A stretch of DNA of 64,000 bases, taken from the human T2T-CHM13v2.0 reference genome, Homo sapiens. The stretch lies in NCBI RefSeq assembly GCF_009914755.1, contig NC_060941.1, one strand, 5' to 3'. Positions 15,863-28,430 of this stretch are shown piece after piece; the stretch's first letter is position 1, and each line of letters starts with the position of its first letter. The translations under genes were made by a program, and so were the position numbers. The notes beneath the pieces are model-generated. The model was not told the DNA's origin. It did no database searches and saw only the letters and a list, made by a program, of their open reading frames with translations.

Positions 15863-17910
15863 ATAACTCTCTGATGATTCTGGGTCAGTTAACTTTTGAG
15901 CCTTGGCATTTTTGTCTGTGAAAGGGGCACACAGATATTCCTTCTTCACAAGCCAGAATAATGAATGAATAAAATAATGTCAGAGATGCACTGGTTCTGC
16001 TGGGTAAACAGAAGAGCAATGTCAACAAAGAAAACAGGACCAGAATTGTTCTTTTAGTAAGAAGAAATGAGGGAAGTGGGGATTCCTGGGCAATGTGGGG
16101 CTCAGCTTGCCCACGATGTGGCTTTTGGCACTGAAACCTGGGGGTTCCTTTCACTGAAGTCTATGAGCTGCACCCAGAATCTGGTGGGATGCCTTTCACC
16201 CTTGACATTTCAGAGCCAACCTCCCATCCCTGATAATGCAGGAATGTTCCTCCGGCTGGTGGACCTCTGCCAGCGTAAGTGAGCGTCCCAGCCACCAACA
16301 GAGTAAACATTACTCAACTGGCTGGGGCTCTGTCACACACATTCTTCCCCTGTGTTTCTAACCTCATGCAGAGTGCAGCCCAGCCCTGTTGGGTCTAGAA
16401 ACTGGGAATTTAAACTCAGGCAGGAGAGAGCATGCGAAGGAGAAAGCTCTTCCAAAAGGTAATAACTATGTTCATTGTTCATAAATTATGAGTAGACACA
16501 GCCATCTTTTCTATGAAGCCAAATCATTATGTTGGGGAGATGACAGGGAGAGACTGGGCCAGGCTTGATGGACCCAGTACTGTGTCCTGATAACTCTACC
16601 TTCTCCCTAAACACTTTACTTTTCTTAAGGACAGAGGCAGAGAGACAAATGATTCTGTCTGGTGAACTTCTGAGAGGCCCATTTGGAAGAAAAGAATGTG
16701 AACAATTCCCTGGCTTGAAATTGAGAACTCCAGAAATGAAAGCTTTCGAATGAGTTAGCATTGCTGCCTCAGTTTCCTTGTTTGTAGCACTGGACTTTTG
16801 CTAGTTCTTATTAATATTTCCTCCTCTGAGAGGATAAAGATTCATGTTTGCAAAGAGTTTAGAAGATTAAAAATCTGCAAATGTGGAAGAAAAAGCTGAT
16901 GCAAGATGAAAGCAATTTAAATGCTGGGCTGGTTTCAATTCCGGATCCCTTTCTACCTAACATGGCTTAGTTAGGAGCTCAATTCATAAGAGGAGAAATA
17001 CAGACAGGCCTGCAGGGACAGTAAACATTCTTGACTCAAGGAGTAAAAGTTGAGTGATACTTAAGGGAAGCCCACAAACTGGTTTTCTTATTTAAAAAAA
17101 AAATCAAAGCAAATGTAACCAAGAAAAGAAAAAAAAATCTTTCATCAAAAGCACCTTGGCTGAGAACAGAAGCTAACATGCATGGTGCACTTGAAAAAAT
17201 TGCACATGTGGGGAGGTAGAAGACCAACAGAAACTCTGTGTGTCCTCCCCCACAAGGTCTACCTGGGCCACCACGCCTCATCCTTACTAGAGTGGCAGTT
17301 TCTGCAGGCAAACATCAGGCAGTTTGCAATGAATACTTCAGCCTGAAGATTGCTGCTGTAGGTAAAAGGAACCAGCCTGGCACTTGATAACTTGGGCAGT
17401 CCTCACATCTGAGAGTATGTTACACCCATCTGCTTCTCAATGTGTCACAAGCACCCATTTGACAGAGTGGAAAACTGAGGTTCGGAGAGGACAAGGTTGT
17501 TTGCACCGCTCCTTGCTAGGGGGTCTCCCAGCAAGTCCGTGGTATTCCAAAGCTGACCCTTCTCCCTCTTCCTCCTAAGCCCCAAATGGGCTCCAGATAT
17601 GTAGAGCCTCCCCATCACGACCCACTAATAGCTTGAAATGATCTTGCAGGTTTGTTTACTTGTTCCTTGGCTGCATCCCTCACTGTAATGTAAGCCCCAT
17701 GAGGGCAGGACCTTGTCTGTATTCTCCATTTTCTTCTTGGCAGAGTCATGCTAAGCATTCAGTAAACATTTATTGAAGGAGTAAATGATGAATGAATAAC
17801 CTATGCTTAAACTCTGACTGATGACTCCACATCACTTTCACCTTTAGACTGTTGAGTTGAGTGGTGGTGAAGTGACTGGAGTATGTCCATTTATCCTCTA
17901 AATCTCCCAG

Positions 17911-18192
17911 TTTTTCTTTTCTTTTTTGAGGCAAGCTCTAGCTCTGTCACCCAGGCTGGACTGTGGTGGTGCAATCACAGCTCACTGCAGCCTTGAACTC
18001 CTGGGCTCAAGGAATCCTCCCACCTCAGCCCCCAAAAATAGTTGAGACTACAGGCACATGCCACCATGCCTGGCTAATTTATTAATATTATTATTATTAT
18101 TGTTATTATTATTTTGAAGAGATGGGGGGGTCTATGTTGCCCAGGGTAGTCTCAAACTCCTGGGCTCAAGTAGTCCTTCTGCTTTGGCCTCC
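17911..18192 (-). mobile_element. AluJ-type element
   Basis: Diverged reverse Alu with (TTA)n linker. Confidence 0.88.
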
Positions 18193-20687
18193 CCTCCCTG
18201 TTTTTCCATGGGCAAGGAGAGGCAAGCATTCTTTTTAAGGAGGAAGAAAGAGGAGTAAGAGAAGAGGAGAGAGAGATTAAAATACAATCAAAATTGAAGA
18301 AACAGTATTGATAGACTTGGGCAGTTTCACATTTGAAGAACCGAGTTTGGGGGCTACTGGGTTGATTTGGGGATAAGGAGAAGAGTCAATTAATGGGAAT
18401 TTACTGTGGCAACATGAATAACTTTTAAATGCCCCTTTCTCCAAAGAAACTAGAGTAAAACTAAGAAGGGTTAATGGTGGACATCGTTAGGCCTAAAGGC
18501 TGTGGGGACACAGAGTGCCCTTCTGCAGTCTGGCTCCCGGGGTCTGGTATTTTCTGAGCAGCTGCCTTTGCAGGCAGAGATAATATGGCTGCAACAAAGG
18601 CCTCTAGGCCTAGTGGACAAGGAGAATGGTGATGCTCCCAGTGGGTCTGGGCAAAGGGAGAAAGGCTATAAAGCCATCAGCAGACTGAGCCACTGGGTGT
18701 CCACACAAAAGTAAGGTCCTATAAACAGACATCTGTATTGTGACTGAAGGGCTAATAAAATTGCCTTAGAAAAGAGAGGTTTTCCACCACAGCCTATTCA
18801 TAACAAAGACCGTACTGGGAGATGATACCCAGGGAGAAGATCCTTTGAGGTCTGGCAAGTGTCAGAGCTGCCTTGTGATAGGGATTTGCCTGGCCAGATC
18901 CCAGCCTCTTCATCACTGTCACAGAGGGCATCTCCATCAGTATCATTATCACCATCATCATCACCATCATCATGACAGATAGCTGCCGATCACCGGCAGG
19001 CCCAAGGAGGCTCGTCCCAAGCAACACCAGGTGTTGGGCACTGAGATAGGAGCACCAGCCAAGTGCTCAGGGAGCACCACCAGAGACCTAATGGCTGCCC
19101 AGAGCAGGGCAGTTTTGTTTCTGTCTGTCCAGATAATTGATTTGCAGTAGTCCAGTCCCTTTTCTAGACCTCATTTTGCTCAAAGGAAACAAAAGAGGAG
19201 ACGTTCTTGCTCTTTTCTTGCCCTAGGGATCCTGGTAAGAGATTTTAAAATGAATGAAAGTAGTAGAACATTAAAGTAACTAGTAGAACTAAATTAAATG
19301 AGTAGACTAGTTTACTAGTAGAACATTAGGGAGAAACTCATGATACGTTCTTTGAAAACTTTCTGGTAACATTAAATGTCGACATTAATTTGTGAACTGT
19401 ACACTTAAGCAGTGTTAATAGGGTTGAAGCTGGGTGACACTGTTTCTAGAGAAGAGAAAATATGCCTTTATATATACATATATATATAATTATATAGCAC
19501 ATATATGCTATATAAAACAAAACTAATCCTAGGCTCAGTTTAATTCTTAAACTGAATACCAAATTTATAAAACAGGGGGTTTCTGCATATGCTTTGACAG
19601 GAAGCCTTCTATAATAGATATCTTTATTTCACAAATATATGGAGTGTCTACCATGTGCCAGGCACAGGGCTATGGGCTGGAGACACAATGATGAAGAAAG
19701 CTACCTCAGGCTCAGATGTTGGTACAGCCCACAATTCTGCCACTCAGAATACATACATACAGAGCAAGGTGTTCAGAGACTTCAGGGACCTTCTTCTTCA
19801 CGGTGAGATTGAAGTTTACAGGTAGGGATGCAAACCCTCTAGTTCCCCTGGCTGTAGGGTTGTAGACAATGAAGAAGAACGGCCGCTCATTTCTGTCTCC
19901 ATCCATAAAACACCTTGAGATAAATTAAGCACTTTTGTGCCCATCGTGCAAACTGATGTTACACAAATAGGAGATGTTGTTTAAGGGTTTTCCACTCTTG
20001 CTGAACAAGAACTCACATAGACTTCACTGCCAACCCAGTCCAATGGGTGCCAAGCAGGAAGAGGCACCCTGCAGTGGACAGGGCCAGAAGGCATGGGCAT
20101 GCCAGCTGCTATTCAGAAGCCCTCAAAGTGTTAACCTCTAGCAGTTATAGGTGTCTCGTTTATACCCATTATAAATCTGTTTATTGTGACTGGCCCCACC
20201 CAATCTGCTGGTGTCGTAAAGCTCTAATGATCCCTAATAAAGGTGGAAGGCTTCTAACAGCACACAGTTCCTGAAACGGGGAAGGAGCGAGGGAGTGAGG
20301 GAGAGAAGGAGAGAGAGACAATGATGAGTTTCACAATAAAATACCACAATGGCAAGCCTCCCTCTGCACTCCAAGCTGCGGAGTCCTGGGCCCCAAGACT
20401 GGATGCCACACACAGTCTTCAAATAATAGCCTGTCAGAGTGGAAAGGCCCTCATCCCACACCCTCATTTGCCAGAATTCCCAGGAAGTTAAATGATTCAC
20501 CCAAGGTCACCCTTGCTCATTGGTGGCTCTGATCTCCTGAATCCTAGTCCAAGGCCCCTCACCCCGGCTGCTTCTCTTTTCCCATTTCAGCAAGGGGCCA
20601 TGAGGATTACCTTCAACCCCTTCAGAACTCTCCTGCTCCATCTGGCCTAGTAATGTCAACCCTGACTATGCATCCAAATCTCTCTCT

Positions 20688-20917
20688 CTTTTTTTTTTTT
20701 TTTAGAGACAGGGTCTCACTCTGTCACCCGGGCTGTACTGCAGTGGCGCCAATGGGCACAAAGTGCTTAATTTATCTCAAGGTGTTTTATAGAAGGAGAC
20801 AAAAATAAGCAGCCTGTGTTCCTTGTTGTCTACAACCCAACTGCCATAGCTCACTTCAGCCTCAAACTCCTGGGTTCAAGTGACCCTGCTACCTTAGCCT
20901 CACAAGTAGCTGGGACT
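20688..20917 (-). mobile_element. Alu right-arm fragment interrupted by a ~90-bp non-Alu insert
   Basis: Alu consensus stops at cagtggcgcca (20751) and resumes at catagctcact (~20845). Confidence 0.85.
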
Positions 20918-22025
20918 CTACGTGAATCTCTTAGGGCTTTTGTCGAAAGTTCTTATGCCTGTGAACCCCTCATCTCTCAATTCTGACTCCAAAGGTGTGC
21001 GTGGGTGGAGGGAGCCATGTCTATTTTTAATGAGCTCCCTGGATGATTTTTATGTGGTCTGGAGAGAGATTTGAGAACCACAGATCTTGCCAATACTTAG
21101 TTCATTGTTTCTGATGTTTCAAATGACAAGCAGGGTTCATGGAAAGGGAAATCCTTCCCGATTGAAACTACAAGGTAAGACCCTTGTCAAGAACCCAGGG
21201 AGAACCCAAGCTCTTCCGTTCTCTCAACACCCTGAAGTTTCTGAGTCAATTCAATAATACTGTAATGGCAGCTAACCTTCCTTGCCAGGCACTGTGCTTG
21301 GCACTGGGTGTGTCTGATCATATTTAAGCCTCATTGCACCCCTAAGGGGATAGGTATTGGGACAGAGAAGCTAATAACTTAAGGTCACACTGCTGGATAG
21401 TGACAGAACCACAACCCAAGCCAAGCCTGATTTGGGTGCTATACTTGGCTACCCAGACACACGCATCTGAATCCGGTCCTGAGAAGGGACTGGCCATAAC
21501 CAGCTCACCTTGGCTCAGGTAGGCTTCCCTTGGGAAAGTCTACATGCTAAAGACCATCTGCAAGGTGTTTCTCCAACTTAGGAAGAACATGCAGAGTACA
21601 AGTCCTGAGAAAACTGACTCTTGACTTCCCAAAAGCATTGGAAGCATCGAGTCCCCCCTTGCCAGTTGATTCCTCAGTGGCTGAACTCACGCAAGTGTGC
21701 TATTGCGGAGGCTGCTGAAGTTGGAGCATAGGGTAACAGGAAGGTACCTGAAGCAGACGCATGCTCACAGGTTGAGGGAAGTGGTTTCCAGAAAATCAGC
21801 CCTTAGGAGCTCTGAGGTTTCCCTTTGCTCACCGTGGGGCTGTGTGCACCTTCTCCTTCTTAAATGCTCCTTCGCCTGAAGTTTGGGGGCCATTAAGCTT
21901 CCCAGATGCAGCCTCCACCAGGAACATCCCACACCCCTCTACCTGGCAGGTTCCCAGGGCTAATTACTAACAAGCAATACACATGAGAGGAGTACTCACA
22001 CCTCCTTTAATTAAAAAAGAAAAAT

Positions 22026-22387
<362 letters not shown>

Positions 22388-23084
22388 TCATGAACATCAT
22401 GAACCTGACCTCCTGCTACATGGTCATGACCCTCCCCTCTGCCCCCACCAATCCATGGTCTTCCCAGCTTCCCCTCACTGTTTCCTGAATTTGTACTAAA
22501 TGCCTTACGGCACTCAATATGCCTTGTGGATGTCACAGAGAAGTCCTAGGAAGAGCAGGAGATTGCCTCATACCCAATGTGCTGCAACAAGCCAGCCTAA
22601 GTTTGCTGCAAACACCAAGATGAATATCTAGTTGGAGATACTCAAATTCTTTAAAAATCAAGGTTGAATGAAACCTCCAAGAAGGACAAGGAAAGAGGGA
22701 AAAAACTAAAAAAACAAAAAAACAAAGAAACAACCCCCAAGTCTCTGCAAGGAATGGTAACAGCTACTATTTATGAGAATCTGGTATGTCTGGAGTGTTT
22801 TACATATATATTATCTTATTTAATTCTTCCAGCATCTGCATGAGTGGATGTCTCCACACCTCAAGAGGCAAGCACAGAGATTCCAGAGACTTGCCCAAGG
22901 TCACACAGCAGTAAGTGCCAAAGTGAAGGTTGGAATTTGGGTCTGCCTCCATAGCCTGTAATTTTGTCACTGTGCTGGCTGGATTTAAAAGAGCATTTCC
23001 CCATATTAGATGTCAAGGCTGGTGATGGTGAGGCAAATTACACAGGTTGGGAGGCAAAGGGGAGTTAGTTGCTAATCCAACTCC

Positions 23085-23430
23085 AGTACTCAAAAGTGTG
23101 TCCCAGACCATCCTCTTCAACAGCACCTGGGAACTTGTTGAAAATGCAGAAACCCAGGCCTCACCCCAGGCCTATAGAATGAGAATCTGTATCCTAACAC
23201 CCCCCACCCCAGGGAATTGGCATGCACTTTAACATTTGAGAAGCTAAATTTGAGAACCTTAGAACTGGTTCTCAAATTTAGCTACACATTGGTATCACTT
23301 AGAAAGTTTTAACTACTGATATGTAGTCCCACTCCCCAGCTGTTCTGACAGGTCCAGGGTGCAGCTTGGATACTGGGATTTTTAAATACTCCCTCGGGTG
23401 ATTCTAAAGTGTGGCCACATTTGAGAACTA
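23085..23430. mobile_element. Two adjacent MER5-like DNA transposon relics
   Basis: cagtactcaaaagtgtg...cacctgggaacttgttgaaaatgcag...tttgagaagc, then ctggttctcaaa...tttgagaacta. Confidence 0.6.
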
Positions 23431-23438
23431 TTGTCCTA

Positions 23439-23764
23439 CAGCGGGGTCAGCAAACTGGTCTGTTGGCCAAAGCAGCCTGTTTTTGTATGACCCACAAGCT
23501 AAGAATGGGTTTTACATTTTTAAACAGTTGAGAAAAAATCAATTAAAGACTATAGGATGATATGTGAAAATTATATGAAATTTAAATTTCAGTCCCCATA
23601 AAATAAAGTTTGACTGGAAGACAGTGATGTTCATTCACTTCCATGTCTATGGTCTATGGCTGCTTTGGTGCTACAAAGGCACAGTTGAGTAATTACAACT
23701 GAATAGTTTAAAGTACTTAATAGTTACTATCTGGCTCTTTACAGAAAAAGTTTGTCAATCCCTG
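23439..23764 (+). mobile_element. MER58-type hAT-Charlie element
   Basis: TIRs ggggtcagcaaact ... agtttgtcaatccctg and MER58 internal motifs (tatggctgcttt, tactatctggctctttacagaaaa). Confidence 0.8.
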
Positions 23765-23844
23765 TTCTAGAGAATTTATGAATAGCTAGGATAATAACCA
23801 TGACTGACTAATTGATCTGACTTTATTTGTGGGCTGCATTCCTT

Positions 23845-23868
23845 TTATATATATAACTTCTATATGTA

Positions 23869-23916
<48 letters not shown>

Positions 23917-23935
23917 ACATATATATGTATGTATA
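23845..23935. repeat. (TA)n/(TG)n compound microsatellite
   Basis: Direct reading. Confidence 0.95.
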
Positions 23936-25101
23936 TTTCTCTCTCTCCTCTTCATTTGTGTTTATACTTCCCCCTAAAAAATAGGTAGAGGCATAAAGCC
24001 AGATCTTGTTCCATTCCATTAAGCAGGTAGCTTCAAAGGCCCTTGCACAGATCTCTGCCTCTCTCTGCACCTGTAATACCTAATTCTCTCCAAGTTCCTG
24101 TCGCTTCTCATCAAACCTTCAACAGTTTCCAAGAGCACTTCTCCCATAAGCTGCAGGCCAGGGCTGTGTGCTTGCAGGCAGCTTCCTTCCTCCTCAGAGC
24201 TCACTGGAGGCGGCAAGGAGTCCTTGAATCGTCTAAGGATCCTTCAGGCGGATTAGGCATGACCCTTTGGTGATAGGACTCCAGTATCTCCTGGCCCCTT
24301 TGTGCAGAGGCTTGGAGCCCCACGAGCACAGCAGCCTGGTTTCTTTGTATGCAGACCAGGGCTGGTCCCCTATCAGAGGGAGGCTGACAGCAGAACACCC
24401 TGAAGGCTAGGCCTCTTAATCTCATTAATATCCTGATTGTCTTCCCCAACCCAGTGGCAGCTGATGGGGTGGTACCCACAAGATAAAATGACCTTCAAAT
24501 TCAAGAGATAAAATGGCACTCAGATAAAGTCCCTAAGAAGGAGAATGCTGGAGCCACCCATGTCCGCCACTAAACCTCAAGTCAGTATGAATGTGTTTCC
24601 TAGAATAGCAGACATTTCAAGGCAGGATTTGTCTCTCTTCTGAACTGAAATAATCTGCTACTTAAGGACAATGGGCCTTATTTACCGTGAGGAACTTTGC
24701 TGCTGAGATGAATATTTTTACAACTACCCTCATAAACCCCTCCCGCTGTCTGCTGCCCAGGGAGGGGGCGGAGCTCCCAGAGGTGAGCTGAGGTGCTTGC
24801 ACTGTCTCAGAAGCCCCATTAAGTTGTTAAGGCATTTAGTAGTCCAGACAGTGCCGACTGCAAGGGCAGTTCAAATCCCCACACAAATGGGGATGGGGTC
24901 ATGAAAGAGGGGGCTTTGATTTCTTGCCTGGGCAGGGCACAGAATCCACCTTGGTCAGGGGCAGTGGTTGGGGAGGAAGTAGTAAACTACCCAGAATGGG
25001 AGACTCTCACCCTTACCCCACCTCTTTGGCCATGATCTCCCAAAGCCTCAGTGTCATTTAGAGGGGAACAGTAGGAATGTGGGAAAAGGAACTGCTGGGG
25101 G

Positions 25102-25102
<1 letters not shown>

Positions 25103-25134
<32 letters not shown>

Positions 25135-25153
25135 TTTCTCTCTCTCTCTCTCT
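25103..25153. repeat. (TG)n(TC)n compound microsatellite
   Basis: Direct reading. Confidence 0.95.
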
Positions 25154-26299
25154 GTGTTGGGTTTAGTGCCTGAAAAGTTCTTAGCATCTGCATAAAGCAA
25201 AAAGAGATGGACAGTGTGCAACAGCTCAAAACCTCTCCCCACCACTTACTAAGAATATGAACTTGGGCACATGCCTTCCATTCTAAATAGTTCACTTCTC
25301 TTGATTGTAAAATGAAGATGACACTAGAGATGGCTCCTACTCTGCAGGGCTGTTGTGTGGGTCACATAAGATGATGCATGGAGGAACTCGGCCCAGGGCC
25401 TGGGACCAAGGAAGTGCTCCATCAACACTGGCCATTAGAATTCCTCTCGTTGAGTCACTACCTTGCCACTGGACACTTTGGAGATTTCCTCGTGTCCTGC
25501 AGAATTCAGTGCCAGGGAAAACAACAGCATTCACATAGGTACCCTGGCCCAGAGTTTGGCTGGTCTGAGACCCAGGGTTAGATTCCCTCAGGTAACCTGG
25601 GAGGGGCTGTGAAGGGGGATGAGCGAGAGGCAGGAGGCAGGATTCTCTGTTTTTCAAGCTCTAAGCCACATCAGGGAAGTCAAGTCCACTGGGCTTGGAG
25701 AGGGAGGAATAGAGTTCAGCGAAAGGGAGGAGCAGCAGCCACAGAAATAAATGTCTCCTCTTTGGTGAAGGGGCTATGGTTCGGGACCCCTGAAAGTCCT
25801 CCTGGCAGGGCCTCTTCTCTTTTTCTTTGTGCCTCACTTTCTTTCCAGGAGAATAAGTCCCCCCTTCCCTCTCAAAGGTGACACAAGAGTGAGGACATCA
25901 TGCGTGGGAGAGCGGAGGCTGATGAAGACCTTTTACCCCTCCTCTCCTCCTCAAGGTAGTGGCCAGGTGAGCTTGCTGCCGACTAGAGCAAAGGGTACAG
26001 GGAGCAAGGTCGCCACAGATCACACAGCAGATACCACAGCTTGGGCCAAGGCTAGCCAAGTTTCCATCCCGCGCCAACTTCCTCCTCCTCCTCCTCGAGC
26101 CAATCAATACAAGCACCAGGCTCCAACCAGTCCTTCTCCTTGCTGCCGCCCTGCCCTCTGACCTTTTAGGGGCCTTTCTCTTGATTCATCTCCAGAAGGG
26201 AGGTAGAGGCCATCACTCCAGACCTGCTCAATGGCTTCAGAATGGGCTGTCATGGAGCCTATAACCAGGGACAGCTCCTGCTGGCCAAGAGCTGGAATA

Positions 26300-26730
26300 G
26301 GGGGTGGGGGCGGATAAAGGCCTTCCAGGCTGAAGATAAATGGCTGCCTGCAGCCTGCTACAGTAACTTCAGGCCCCCAAGAAGAGCAAACAAAGGGTGC
26401 CCCTGTGACACTCCCTGGAAAGATGAAGGCCCAGCAGCGGCAGCCAGGCTGGTTCAAAGCCCCAACTTAATTGTCAATTAAGCATGCATAAGGGAGACAA
26501 AGCCATGACAACCCTTGGCTGCATGCTGGTGTGTGATTGTAAAGCCAAGGAGGGGCAACGCTGGAAACAGCTGACTCTGCTGACAGTGTGTTTGTAGGGC
26601 ATCTTGTAACCAATCAGCCGCTGACAGAGGCAGAGTGCTCCTCCTGCCACCCCTATTGTGCCGGACATTCCAGGACTAGGGTCACACCGTGGTCATCGTG
26701 GGCAAGTGGGCCACAGCATGGTAAGCATGG
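26300..26730. promoter_or_regulatory. Candidate intron-4 enhancer (DR5 RARE, MAF half-sites, Meis and homeodomain sites)
   Basis: GGGTCA-caccg-TGGTCA 26679-26695; TGCTGAC 26578-26584; GCTGAC 26570 and 26620; TGACAG twice; palindrome CTTAATTG-T-CAATTAAG 26466-26482. Confidence 0.6.
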
Positions 26731-26962
26731 CTGGGAGGGAAGGTGCTGTTAGAGAAAGGCTGCTCTTCCTCTCTAGGAAGAGGGTTCTGGGGAAGCTTCG
26801 TCTCCAAGGTGCTGCCAGCCCTCCTGGCTCAGGTGCTGATGTTTGGAGAGGGGAGAGCCTGGAGAGTGGGTGTGGAGGGATTCGGGCCTTGTTCCCCCCA
26901 GCTCAGTCTTTGGGGTTGCTAGTGCTGACGGTGGATTTTGGGCTCTCCTCAGCAACATGGAG

Positions 26963-27581
<619 letters not shown>

Positions 27582-28262
27582 TTTTTTTTTTTTTTTTTTC
27601 GGTATTCTGCACACAGTTACGTTTCTGGCTTGGTTAGTGACCCTACCTTGGCTGTGGGCACTGAGGTGGGAAGAGTGCCATGCGGCTCTACAGACAGAAG
27701 CCACCCCTGAATGCTGGGCTCCAGCCTGCTGTCTGCCTGAGTGCATGACTCGGGAGCCCTGTCACGGCACACACGCCATCCTGGCAGCCTGAGGTGGGGA
27801 CACAAGTCTTTGACCCCAGCATCGTGCATCTCAGGCACTAGCACAGCAGCCACCTCTGTTTCTAGTTCCAGGGCCAGGCTACATCTCACTGCCTCTTAGG
27901 GGGAATGCCCTGGTGTGTGAGATCAAAAAGAAAATGATTTCTGCTGCCTGCCAGTCTTCTCACTGCCCTTGTTTAGCCCTCTCTAATGTTAAGAGCCATA
28001 ATGAGGGTAGTATGGGTTATCGGGAAAGGTGTCTTTATACATTCACTCCTTTCATCCTCACATGCACCCTGTGTGGAAGGTCCTATTTCTCCATTTTGTA
28101 GGCAGGAAATTCAGACTCAGAGAAGTTATGTGAATTAGCCACAGTTATAACCTTACTGGTTAGAACCCAGATACATAACTACACTCAGAGAAAGAGAAGC
28201 CAGTCCCTGGGCTTGGGACAAGGACCATGTTGAGGAGCCCAGAGTGAAAATTAAAGCAGAAG

Positions 28263-28430
28263 GGCTGGGCACAATCTCACAACTGTAATCCCAGCACTTT
28301 GGGAGGCTAAGACAGGAGGACTGCTTGAGACCAGGAGTTCGAGGCTGTAGTGAGCCAAGACTGCACCACTGCACTCTAGCTCGGGTGACAGAGGTAGACC
28401 CTGTCTCTCAAAAAAAAAAAAAAAAAAAAA
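28263..28430 (+). mobile_element. Alu monomer-length fragment
   Basis: Alu-like body with long A tail. Confidence 0.85.

Noticed and set aside
18940-18975. (CAT)n run giving poly-His or poly-Met-like ORF segments
   Set aside because: Short degenerate trinucleotide repeat in an intron with no supporting exon structure
19258-19330. Degenerate TAGTAGAAC repeats
   Set aside because: Three or four short imperfect copies in AT-rich DNA; ordinary slippage
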